Part shown: positions 39,801 to 51,408 of the stretch, one piece after another
Position numbering within the stretch: the stretch's first letter is position 1
Layout of the letters: each line of letters starts with the position of its first letter
Source: Heterodontus francisci
Lineage: Eukaryota
Reading direction: 5' to 3'
Length of the DNA stretch: 64,000 nucleotides
NCBI RefSeq assembly: GCF_036365525.1
Contig: NC_090377.1
Coordinates: 104,932,907 to 104,996,906 of the forward strand
Notes under the pieces: model-generated
Databases searched by the model: none
Seen by the model: the letters and a program-made list of their open reading frames with translations, nothing else
Told to the model about the DNA's origin: nothing
Position numbers and translations under genes: made by a program

Positions 39801-39985
39801 GACTCTTTATATATATAAAAGGAACTCTTCCCCCTCCTTATAGGTCATGACATTATGTTCCAATATGTATTTGCAAGGGAGAAAAGTTTTTATTTTATGC
39901 ATAGACTTGCAATTCATAGTCAGTATATGGTAAACTGTTCATCAAATTGGGTCACTTAAACACTACTCAGCATCTATTAAAGCCT

Positions 39986-40184
39986 AAAATAAAAGCAAAA
40001 TACTGCGGATGCTAGAAATCTGAAATAAAAACAAGCAACGCTGGAAATACTCAGCAGGTCTGGCAGCATCTGTGGAGAGAGAAGCAGAATTAACGTTTCA
40101 GGTCAGTGACCCTTCTTCACAACTGACTCTGCTTCTCTCTCCACAGATGCTGCCAGACCTGCTGAGTATTTCCAGCGTTTCTTG
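39986..40184. mobile_element. Penelope-like terminal repeat with inverted partial copy and 14-bp TSD
   Basis: Minus arm 39986-40125, plus arm 40126-40184; ATCTATTAAAGCCT on both sides. Confidence 0.8.
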
Positions 40185-40243
40185 TATCTATTAAAGCCTG
40201 CTTGGTGAAAATATTAAGCTGAAATTTTAAGCTGTCCTAAACA

Positions 40244-40943
40244 GGGCTGAGTTTTACGCGCCCCCGGCCCAAAGAGCGGGATGGGGGTGTTGGGGGGGGT
40301 TGTCAAATGGAGCGGGAAGCTTCAAGAGCCCTTCCTGACCCTCTCCCGCTTCCGCTGCCACTTTACGCAGGGAGGTAATGGCGAAAAACAGGCCACCCAC
40401 CCCAGGCCAATCAAGGCCCTTAAGTGACCGCTTAGGGGCCTTTGCCCACCTCCAAGCGGATTTTACGCATGGCTAATCGGGCAACCAATGCACGAGAGAA
40501 GCCGCCTGACAAAAGTTGTCTGATGGCCCGGGAGGGCAGGGGGCCCTCATGATTGGGCACCCTGTGCCCGATGGAGGGCCACCCCCAACACGCCCCCCAT
40601 CCCCCCAATTGACCACCCTTGCCTCGCCGGGGCCCGACCGATCACATCCGGCGAGGCAATCACATCTTGCCTTTGTTCCAGGCTCCCCGACATGATCTTC
40701 TTCAAGCTGGGCAACTGCTCCCGGTGGCGCTGCTGGGACAGTTGGCTGCCAGCCTGCTGTTTGGCTAGTAGCTCTATTAGGCAGGACTTCCTTCCTCAAA
40801 CGGGTGGAAGTCCCGTCTCACACCAATTGAAACCCGGCAACCCGCAGAATACTGGTCAGATCCCCAGTCGAGGCGGAAGTGGGTTTGCCGCCGACTTTTC
40901 AGTCGGTGGCCGGCACCTGTCCGCCCAGGGTTAAATCCCGGCT
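40244..40943. mobile_element. GC-rich TIR element (PIF/Harbinger-group MITE)
   Basis: GGGCTGAGTTTTA...TTAAATCCCGGCT degenerate TIRs; partial second copy at 42296. Confidence 0.7.
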
Positions 40944-41077
40944 ATTGTAAGTGTAATTATTTTTTCTAACTAAACAAGTTTTTATACTGTGTAATTTTTA
41001 GTAGCTGCTGTCACCCTGAATAATTGTGTAAAATTGCAGAAAGTCAATTAATGGTTTGATGGACCTGAGGCTCTCTA

Positions 41078-41115
41078 GTGTGTGTGTATATATATATATA
41101 TAATATATATATATA
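41078..41115. repeat. (TG)n(TA)n microsatellite
   Basis: Directly visible. Confidence 0.9.
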
Positions 41116-42295
41116 AATAGCAAAGGCTGAGCAAAAAATTTATTTTTGAGAATTGGCCCTAGAAGGCATGGGTAGCAGCCCAGCAATCCAGTGTGTTGCT
41201 GTCATCTTGACTAAGAATGAGTAGCAGTCAGCAGATTGTGGAGTAGCTCCCTTAAAATTCGTAATTCATGTTGCACTAATTCCTAGCGATTTTGTAATTG
41301 ATATTTTCACTTAATCCTTTTGTTATACCTCCCTGTTCTATGCAATATTCACTAACTAAGGAGGGGAGGTAGCTGAATTGCTCCTAGACCTCATGAAATA
41401 TTCCTCTGTAACTGGGTGTCAATCTCTGTATAATACTGGCTGCACATGATTAACTCACAGATTGTTTTTCACTCCCTTGTTGGTTCAAATTGGAAACTTG
41501 TGAAGGGGAGACCCATGCTGTGCTACTTTATAATGTGTTGTAGCCTGAAAGCACTTTGCAGTACTGCTGCCCTTATTTACAAGACTTCAAAGAAGGCTTT
41601 TGCTTCAAGTGCCTGTCAGTCTCCATGTTGAAAATTGAATTGTGGTTTGGGGAAAATCCATATTCTGAGAAAAAGGCTTATTGACTTCACATTGAAACAG
41701 TATGTTTCACTACCACCGCCTTTAAGTGATTTTGGTGGTCGTCATTGCTTTGAATCAAAGGAAAATGAAATGGTGTGTGCTCTGTCAGGAGGTAGAAAAG
41801 AAAAGGGAGAATTATAATTATCTCAAATGTTGAAGGGCTGACCAGCAACATGAGGAATATCCCACTGAAGCAAGTGGATGTTCTATGCTGGAGCACAGGA
41901 GAATGTGAGGTAACTGAGAAATAAATAACTGGAGGGGGAGAAAAAACTGGGTGATACAACAAATGAAAGCTGTTCTTTCTCTGTGCAGAATCTAAACTAG
42001 GCTGCAGAAACAAGTTTTTTTTTGTGGTGATTGAAAGGGTGCTGTGTAGACAGTCTTAATCCAGTACCCAGTGTGCTGCAGCATGCAGAAAATGTTTTGG
42101 AGGCACTGATCCGTGGTTGGGGTCCAAGTCGACAAAGGGAGCTTGACTTTACTGTGTCATGTCTGACGATGGAGTATTGGGTGCAAGCATTCATCCCAAT
42201 ATGGAGAACTGCTCCATTCCCTAGCTCTGACAATCCTCTATGGAACCAGCAAGGAGAAACTGAACTTGAGAAGAAGAAAAGATGAGGAGAGAATC

Positions 42296-42684
42296 AAGTA
42301 AAAGATCCCGGAACAAAGGCAAGTTTTGATTGCCTCACTGGAGGTGATTGGTCGGGCCCCGGCGAGGCAAGGGTGGTCAATTGGGGGGACAGGGGGCGTG
42401 TTGGGGGTGATTGGGGCAGCGGGGGTGGCCCTCCATCGAGTACAGGGTGCCCGATCATGAGGACTCCGCCCCCTGGGCCATCAGACGGCCACGTGCTTTT
42501 GTCAGGTGGCTTCTCTCGTGCATTGGTTGCCCGATTAGCCATGTGTAAAATCCGCTTGGAGGCGGGCGAAGGCCCTTAAGTGGCCACTGGGGTGGGTGGC
42601 CTGTTTTTCGCGGTCACCTCCCTGCGTAAAGTGGCGGTGGGAGAGGGTTAGGAAGGGCTCCCAAAGCCTCCCGCTCCATTTTAC
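42296..42684 (-). mobile_element. Partial inverted copy of the 40244 element
   Basis: Reverse complement aligns to about 40301-40690 with independent indels. Confidence 0.85.
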
Positions 42685-43652
42685 AGAACTGAAGAAGGGT
42701 CACTGACCTGAAACATTAACTCTGTTCCTCTCTCCACAGATGTTGCCAACCTGCTGAGTATTCCCAGCACTTTCTGTTGTTACGACCAGGTGAGAAAGAG
42801 GTCTAGGGTTCCCTTTCCGCCTTCACCTGCTCTTACTGTAACAGGGTTTAATTTTTCAGCTCCCCCTTGGTGAATCCTTGTTCACTGCTTTCCAATTATA
42901 AGGCAAAGAAACCAGCACAGACAGGCTTTCTTAGGTTTAAAGAAGAAAAGTTGAAATTTATTGAACTTAACCTCTAATTCGGTTAACGCCTACAGGTACA
43001 CAACGCGCCCACGCTGGCATGCATACGTGATACACGCATGCAAGAGACAGAAAAGAACAGAAGAAAAATAAAGTGGAAAAGTTTGAGGCAATATCTGAAG
43101 AGTTGTTGTTACGGTTTTTCAAGCTCACTGTAGAGTCCTTGATTATAGGTAGATCTTGCTTTTCGCTGGGGCCTAGTATTCTTCTTAAACCTTGTTTGCT
43201 GTAGGAGACTTTTCTCTCTTGGGGTTCATGTGTCTTCAGTGGATTTAGAGGCTTGTGACAAAGAGATGGGAGCAGACATGAGAGAGATTTTCTCAGTTCA
43301 GGAGCAAACAGACTTTCTGCAGACTCTCAGTTCAAACTGTACAATTCAGAAAGAAAAACAGACTGCCAGGCAGGTTAGTCATGTGGCTAACTGGTTTGAC
43401 CACATTTTTTGTGGATTGTATTGGAGCAGGGCATAGCTCCTTTGTTCCAAGCACTGTTTGTTGATGTGCAAAAATGTCTTTCCAGCCAGAGGCCTGGCAA
43501 CCCCTTGTCACAGGCCTTCTCTTCTTCCCAGCAACAATTTGAAATTTAATGTCCATGTGGCGAAATTAATGTGCCTCATTCTTGGCAGGCAGGGGCCGGC
43601 ATGACACTGTTTTTATTTCAGATTTCCAGCATCTGCAGTATTTTGCTTTTAT
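42685..43652 (+). mobile_element. Penelope-like terminal repeat split by a solo LTR
   Basis: 42689-42777 and 43607-43652 join into the unit seen intact at 43857-43991; GAACT(G/A)AA at both ends. Confidence 0.8.
42778..43606 (-). mobile_element. 829-bp solo LTR with 4-bp TSD
   Basis: TGTTACG...CATGACA termini, CTGT at 42774-42777 and 43607-43610, TTTATT near 42957. Confidence 0.9.
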
Positions 43653-43856
43653 GAACTAAACCGTAGTTTAGTTGTCAGTAGCTAATACACTAAATTACAG
43701 AAAAAGGTATTTCTCTTTAACTTATTAGAACAGTTGAAGATCTCGCACCACATTTATACATCACACAGTATGCTCATTGAAGTGATATCCTTGCAGTGAA
43801 AAGTACCAACTCCTCCCAGTTGCAATGGATTGGATCTCCCAGTCCTTCACAAAGTC

Positions 43857-43893
43857 AGTTCCGAAGAAGGGTCACTGACCCGAAACGTTAACT
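43857..43893 (+). ncRNA. Minimal type I hammerhead ribozyme motif (U4C variant)
   Basis: AGTT-CCGAAGA-AGGGTCACTGACCC-GAAA-CGTT-AACT. Confidence 0.65.
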
Positions 43894-43991
43894 CTGCTTC
43901 TATTTTCACAGATGCTGCCAGACCTGCTGAGTGGTTCCAGCATTTCTTGTTTTTATTTCAGATTTCCAGCATCCGCAGTATTTTGCTTTTA
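43857..43991 (+). mobile_element. Solo Penelope-like terminal unit with TSD
   Basis: CTTCACAAAGTCAGT at 43845-43859 and 43992-44006. Confidence 0.85.
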
Positions 43992-44006
43992 CTTCACAAA
44001 GTCAGT

Positions 44007-44636
44007 GTTCTCTTCGTTCACTTCTTCCGAGCGCTTTCGACCTGGACTTCCATGATTAAGGCGGTGCTCCCGTTCGTCTTTTCCTTCCACAAACGAGAGC
44101 TTTTGAATTGGGTTCAAGTCATCGTAGCCTTTCACTGTATCAGTGTTCTGAAAGCACTTTCTTTCTTTCTCTCTTTTCTGAGGCTGTCACTGCTGGTCTT
44201 TGTGTCTTCCGGTCTTCCTTACAGCCTCCAGATTTCTGAAAGATTGTTGAATTTTTCCAGAATCAAAAGTCAATAGTCATTTGCATTTTAAAGATCACAA
44301 GTCTAGCCGCAGCAGAACCATCCGGGCCTTCTTTTGTTTCCAGGTGTTTAAAAATTCAGCTTGAATTTGCAATTTCAGAGCCCTGGCTCCTTGTTAATGA
44401 TCTGAGCTTCTAGGAGAGCGAAACCCATTGTTCTTCAGGAGTTACAACCCTGCATTCAGCTTTCAAAAAGGTCTTTAATCTGGGTTTCTTGTTCACACGG
44501 CAACCAGGATCCCTGTCTTGTTTCTAAGTAGAGTTGGTGTGAGGTCACATGTCTCCTCAGAATCCTTCTTACGCTACATTAAAAATCACAGTTGTTTTGA
44601 AAAACATAATCATACTACAAATCCAGCGTTCATAAC
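44007..44636 (-). mobile_element. Probable LTR remnant
   Basis: Ends TCATAACA with GTCACATG motif about 90 bp inside, like neighbouring LTRs; other end not located. Confidence 0.45.
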
Positions 44637-44779
44637 ATTTGTTTATTTCTTCAGTCACAAGACTATTTGTTGATCCAACTTGGGTTCAACCTGGAAATCC
44701 CCAGCTCCAAACCGGGGACCATCTCCCAAACACAAACTGTACAGAACTCAGTTTCCACATGAAGACTCCATAACAGCAT

Positions 44780-45450
44780 CATTCTGGTAATCTATGCTGC
44801 ACTCCCTCCATGGCCAATATATCCTTCCTAATGTGTGTCACCCAAAACTGCTCACACAGCACCAGATGTGGTTCAACCAGGATTTTGTATAGCTGAAACA
44901 TGACTTTTTTTTTTAGAGATACAGCACTGAAACAGGCCCTTCGGCCCACCGAGTCTGTGCCGAACATCAACCACCCATTTATACTAATCCTACACTAATT
45001 CCATATTCCTACCACATCCCCACCTGCCCCTATATATTTCCCTACCACCTACCTATACTAGGGGCAATTTATAATGGCCAATTAACCTATCAACCAGCAA
45101 GTCTTTGGCATGTGGGAGGAAACCGGAGCACCCAGAGGAAACCCACGCAGACACAGGGAGTACCCAGAATTGAACCCGGGTCGCTGGAGCTGTGAGGCTG
45201 CGGTGCTAACCACTGCGCCACTGTGCCGCCCCTTCTTCCTCCTTGTATTCTAGTCCTCCATATATAAAGGTCAGCATTCCATTAGCCTTTTTGATTGTTT
45301 TCTTTACCTGTTTATGACATTTTAATGATCTATGTACCTGGACCTGCAGGTCTCTTTGGAACTCCACTGTTTATAGCTTTACATCATTTGGAAAGTACCC
45401 TGTTCTCACCTCACATTTGCCTACATTGAAATCTACTTTCCACAATTTTG
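44780..45450 (-). mobile_element. CR1 RT fragment interrupted by HE1
   Basis: FQLYKILVEPHLVLCEQFW on minus strand; continues after 45232. Confidence 0.75.
44905..45231 (-). mobile_element. HE1-type V-SINE
   Basis: Reverse complement of the 58572 copy with an internal deletion. Confidence 0.9.
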
Positions 45451-46580
45451 TCCAGTCACTTGATATATCAAGATCTCTTTGACTCTCGTGATGCATTTAA
45501 ATTAGTTTTAAGGAGTGGTTCGGCCATACTGGGTCAGATTCCCTTTATACTGCGTGGCAGTTTCCACAGCAGCCAGAACAAACCAAAAGCAACTGCTCCA
45601 ACTTTGAGTACTGGCAATTCCATGGCCAGCATGAGCACAGACCCAGGATTTTTGGTGTTGTGCATAACCTTTGCAGGCAACACTTCTATGTTTATGGCAC
45701 TGGTTTTCTATTGATAACAGGTGGCACTATACCATTGGTGTATTAATTGGCAGGCAACAGGCAATATAAATTTGGCATGAAGTTATTCAATCAGACCATT
45801 GAATAAGATATGCTCATTTTTACAAGGGTTTTTAACACAGGATCAAGGATACTGCAACCGTGAGAAGTAGAAACCAAAATTTGTGTGGTGTTACTTCAGG
45901 AAGCGTTTTAGACTTGACAGCTTCAACTTAATAAGCATTTGATTACTATATGTCATCAATCAGTTTCTCTAACATTATGCTTTTTCTGTTTAATTGAAGA
46001 TTCAGTAGTAAATTGATTTGGTGCCAAAATGGTGCTGCAAAATATTTTTAGAATAAGACTATTGATGTGACATTTCTATTTGATGCACTAAACTGATTTC
46101 TAGCAGCATATTATTGCTGGGGAATATGAAAGAGGTATAGTCATATTAAAAGTGCAGATAGTGTGTTAGTTCCTTTGAACTGTTTTTCATTGGCAGAAGC
46201 AGCAGCAGTTAGAGGTACCTATCCTCTTGCTTTGCTCAGTATTGAAAGTGGTTCAGAAAGTACTGATGTTAAAACAGCACCATTATTTCTCTTTTTTTCT
46301 GTATTATTGTGCGAAAGTATCGAGTGGAGGACTGGCAATTTCCTCACTGGGAGATGGAGTTAATTCTTGGCCAACCTTGCCCATGTCTTAGGAACGAGCT
46401 CAGAGGAGCATTACTAGAGGCTTTAATCAACTCAGCCTCTCGTCCAAAGTTAACCTGGGGAAACCGGAGAATAGTGAGGAAGCTTACTGTCCAGTACAAT
46501 AAAAAAAGACAAATCTGCCTATATAAAATACCATCATGTAAAATGCTTCATAAGTTTGTAAATGTGGTTATATTCAATGA

Positions 46581-47962
46581 TGTTATGATCCCTGTGTAGA
46601 CCATCGACAAACCAAACTAATCAAATCCACCAACTAACTCCAATTTAGGAAACCAAAAACCAAACAGACAAGATTTCACTTTTCTACATTTTACTTTAAC
46701 ACTCAAACCAAAACCAGTCCCACACTACAACAAAATCGGGATCTTCAGGTAGCTTTTCAAGTTCTGTCCTCTAGAATGCAGATATGGAATAACGAGCACC
46801 TGTCGATAGTGACCGATACAATCTTCCCTTTAACGGTTCGGTCTTGTTGCCTCTCGGACAACCTCAGCCTTGCCCAGTACCATCCTGATGCCATGGTTCC
46901 ACTGATAACTTTTCAGACACCGAAGACAGCTGCTGTAAGTTATTCACTAATGGTCAGCCCTCAGTCCAGGCTCCTCTGCCTGCAGTCAAACTGCTTCAAC
47001 CAGCTGCTTTGTAGTCTGATTCTATTCCAAATACCCTCTCTAGAAGCCCAAAACTTGCACCTCTCAACCTGTCTCTTTTTAAAACAATCTGGCTGATTTT
47101 TCCATCCACTGCAGAGTCCTTCTCGACTCTCTAAAAGTCTGCTTTTTACAAAACACACAAAGCCTTGCAGCTGGCTTCCACCTTTTCCAAAAGCCTACTG
47201 GTCAAATCTGAAACCTAAGCTCTCAGTCACATGTGGTTGGTTTAAAAAAAAACAACTGTCTGCTTTTTCTCAATCACAGGACTGCTTGTTTCTCTAACCT
47301 GGGTTTGACTCTCCAAAAACCTGGAAGTATCCAGTTTCAATTTCAAATCGGCGACTCTGTCAAAGAAACAAATACAGGGGGCTGAATTTCATAAGCTCAC
47401 CGCCATTACTGCGGATTTTCTTTAAAAAAATCATAAAAGCTGCAGGCCCTTTCCCAACCACCCCAATGTTTTTTCTTATTGGCCTATATCTCGAACATTA
47501 ACTTCATTCCCACCCCGAACTTTCCCCCTCATCCTCGTCACATTTGCCCTTCAACCCCTTCCCACCATCCCCAAAGCTAATAAAAAATGTTTTCCTCGCT
47601 CCCCCCCATCGCCCGTATAATTTCACTCTCCCCCCACCGCACCATTGTCTCACCTCAGAACTCTGAATGGATTTCCGAAGGCATGGGAGTTCTGGACGGC
47701 GGCAGTAATATCGGCATGGGACAGCCGTCGGAACAAGATAGGGTAATTTGAATGATTTTACTTCAATTATAATCATAAAATGAAGGCGCCACCATGAGTG
47801 ACAGGGGAGGGAGGGGGGTGCCACACCCAGGCCTCGCCTCTGCTGGTAAAATGCGTCAGGGGTCGTGGTGGGCCTCTCCCGGAAGAATTTTCCGGGCCCA
47901 CCTACCACGACCCCTGACGCCGGAGGCCTCATAAAATTTAGCCCTAGCTGTACTGCATCACA
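46581..47962 (-). mobile_element. Solo LTR containing a nested TIR element
   Basis: TGTTATG...CATCACA termini, flanks ATGA/ATGT, GTCACATG motif at 47226. Confidence 0.6.
47379..47944. mobile_element. GC-rich TIR element related to 24759
   Basis: GGGCTGAATTTCATAAG / CTCATAAAATTTAGCCC; shares TTTTCCGGGCCC..CCCCTGACG subterminal block. Confidence 0.8.
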
Positions 47963-48989
47963 ATGTGTGCCCATATGCGTACCCTGCTAACTTTTAAAGA
48001 ATTTTATTTAGAGTTAGATTTGTTACTAAGAGAGGTGTTTGTTAAAGTTAATTATGTTACATTGGCCAGTTTTGGTATAGTTTTCAACAGACTATTACAC
48101 TAATTGAGCCCAGTAGAAGTAAACCACCCCTAACAAAAAAATTTCCTTTTTGATTTGAAAAAAAATTAAAGAATTATTTCAACCAACCCAAGGGAAACAA
48201 AATAAAATTAAAGCCATAAAACCTTGCATCCTCAATTCTGTATGTTCTTTGGTGAACTGAGATCATAGTGCATTGGATATGCAAATGCAGGGTTACATGT
48301 GGTCGCAAGCTCCGTCTCTTTGTTGCTGCGCCATTTATTAGGAAAATTGGTTAGTCTGCAGGGAGAAGCTTCAGGGTTACTAAAATGGTATGGTTTCCAA
48401 GGTGAGAAGTCTGGCAGAAAAGAAGGAATGTACTCAATTTTGCCATTAAGTAAAAATCTATAATTTAAAAAAAAATTGATTTTCTTTTTTATATATATGT
48501 TAATGCAATAAAATTGCCAACAAATTGAACTGAACAGTCAGACCCAAGGGTGAAATTGCACCCTAATGCCAATTGAAGCATTTTTAATGTCAAGATTACA
48601 TTGCAATAATCAAGTGTAATTAAAATTCTTGTGCGTGTGTATGTGTAAATCAGTTTATTAAAGCTGCATTGAATTTCATACTTTTACTTAGTTTTACACA
48701 TTTAATCTACCACTGGCTATTCCAGAATTGTAATAGGTAGTATAAGAAGCTGATGCAAGCATGTTTTGAAAATTTAAGATGAAATTTCCCTGACAACGGT
48801 AAAAATGGGTTTGGATTCATTCCAAACTGTTTGCTGTTATAAACAACACAGGATTGAAGGGTGCCAGAGACATTGAGACCATGGGCCTGATTTTAACTCT
48901 GTTCAAGTGGGTGGGTTTTGAATGAATTAAAATCTCTCCTCATATTCTTGTACTGTTTTGGTCACATAAGAATATAACCTCCACTACTT

Positions 48990-49152
48990 CCCTTGCCTTC
49001 ATTAAGCCACAACTCAACACCCACCTCTTTGACCAAGCACTTTGTCACCCCTCATATCTCCTTAGCTCAGCATGCATTTTTTTTCCTTGCACCTTTGTGG
49101 AAAAACCTTGATTTCTATGTTGAAGGCACTGTATTGATGCAAATTCTTGTTG
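48990..49152 (+). mobile_element. Decayed L2 3' tail
   Basis: CCACCTCTTTGACCAAGC similar to 29390. Confidence 0.55.
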
Positions 49153-50335
49153 ACATTCTTTCCTGTACTTGTTTGGCTAAATACTTATAATTTTGTATTT
49201 GTTAATGTAAAATCTGTTCACACATCTATGCACTGTCTTTCAACAGACAATTGTAAATTGCAATTTATGTGCACCCTGGTTTCTTTTTAAAATTCAGGTT
49301 AATTGAAAGCATTCACCTAAACAGGGTAGCTGTGCTGAATCTACTTGAGTGTAGTTCGAATGTCAGTGAGCTGAAATAAAGACCTCAACACCGTCTTGCT
49401 TTTGGATCAGTTCTTTGAATTGTTGTCTTCAAAGTTCTAATGCCTACCATTGGCTTAGCATTTATGGCACATCCATGCTTTAGTGAGTAATAAATCTCTG
49501 CACTGCAGGCTTTTACAGTGCAACTTTTAAAACTGAGCTGAAACAAAAATTCTCATAGTAAAGCAAGCTCACTTAAGCCCAGGCTTTCCCTTGTTGTTTA
49601 AAAGGAACCAAGAGCAAATGTTTGTAAGTCTATTCCTTACTTAGTTTCCTCTAATTTAGTTTTCTCCAACCTTTAAAGATGCTCAGACTCTGTGCACAAT
49701 TCCCTGAGGTTGGCAGACCTGCTGCTAGGCATTTGGTTCTTCTGCTTTTCCATTTTTACGACCAAAGTGAACAATTTCACACGTCCCTACATTATACTCC
49801 ATTTGCCATCTTGTTGCACTTAGCCTGTCTATATCTCTTTGCAGCCGCTCCATGTCCTCCTCGCAGCTTACCTTTCCACCGAGCTATGTATCATCAGCAA
49901 ACTTAGATACATTACTCTCTGTCTCTTCATCCAAGTCATTAATATAGAGTGTAAATAGCTGAGGCCTCAGCACTGATCCTTGTGGCACTCCACTATTCAC
50001 TGCCTGCCTACTTGAAAATGGTAAAAAGGTTTTTCCCCGTGTTGCCATTGTTTTTTTGCCATTCACCATATATCGGTGTCCGTTGGTTCTCGACCCATCC
50101 ACAAATGGGAACAGTTTCTCGCTATCTACTCTGTCTAAACACATCATGGTTTTGAACACCTCTGTTAAATTTCTACTCAACTTTCTCTTCTGTAAGGAGA
50201 ACAACCCCAGCTTCTTCAATCTATCCACATATCTGAAGACTCTCATCCCTGGAACAATTCCTGTGAATCTTTTCTGCACAGTCTCTAAAGTCTTCACATC
50301 TTTCTTGAAGTGTGGTGCCCAGAATTGGACACAAT

Positions 50336-51408
50336 GGGCTGAATTTTCATTCCAGGGCCTTGATCCCGACACCGGGCTGAATTCTGGGTCGGAATTCCAG
50401 ACGTGGCCGTGGCAGGATGCTGGAAAAGATTTTTGAGGACCCGGCCAATTAAGAGGCCGCCATCGGGAGCCCCATCCAATTAAGGACAGCGAGTGGGCAA
50501 TGGGAGCCCCTGATGCTCTGGGCAGCTGACAGTTTCACCGGGCATGGTAGGCACTGCCACTGTAGGTGGGGGACCGTGAGGGCACCTCAAGAGAGAAGTG
50601 CCCTTTGAAGACCTATAAATGATACAAATTATACAGCGGCCACAGCTGCCAAACCATCATAGAGGAGGGGGAACCCCTCCACAGGATGGCCAGCGGCCAT
50701 GGCTGAGTCCCTTGCAGTTCAGTGGACCCTGCTGGGCTGCTTTGCAGGATGCCACCATGCCATCCACAGGCTCCAGCCATATCAGGGGACCCGATTTTCC
50801 AGGCGGTGTGTGAAGACTGCCTTCAGTTGGTACTTTAATTGGCCTAATTGGGAAGGTCGTTGCATAGTGGTAATGTTACTGGACTAATAATCCAGAGCTC
50901 AGGCTAATGCTCTGGGGACATGGGTTCGAATCCCGCCATGGCAGATGGTGAAATTTGAATTCAATTAATAAATCTGGAATTAAAAGCAAGTCTAATTGTG
51001 ACCATGAAACCATTGTCGATTGTTGTAAAAACCCATCTGGTTCACTAATGTCCTTTAGGGAAAGAAATCTCCCGTCCTTACCTGGCCTGGCCTACATGTG
51101 ACTCCAGACCCACAGCAATGTGGTTGACTCTTAAAATGCCCTCTGAAATGGCCTAATAGTCCACTCAGTTGTCAAGGGCAATTCGGGATGGGCAACAAAT
51201 GTTGGCCTAGTCAGCGACGTCCACATCCCACAAACAAATAAAAAAAAAATTGGCTACCGACAGCTGACGGGCTGTCACCACTGCGCCCCCACCTCCCTGA
51301 AAATAGGCTGGAGGTGGGAACTTGCTGGCAGACCGGCACAGTGGCCGGTAGTACGAAATTGCTAGCAAGCCCAACTTCAAACCTGCTTCCAGGATGAAAA
51401 TTCTGCCC
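50336..51408. mobile_element. GC-rich TIR element with AAT TSD
   Basis: GGGCTGAATTTTCAT / ATGAAAATTCTGCCC; AAT at 50333-50335 and 51409-51411; removal restores CR1 GGACACAATACTCC. Confidence 0.9.
50852..51248 (+). mobile_element. tRNA-headed SINE sharing both ends with the 6891 LINE
   Basis: Aligns to 6893-7214 then jumps to 10076-10150; AATTGG TSD. Confidence 0.9.

Noticed and set aside
40244-40943. CpG-island-like promoter (also 24759, 47379, 50336)
   Set aside because: GC-rich patches are bounded by TIRs and repeated, so they are transposon-derived.
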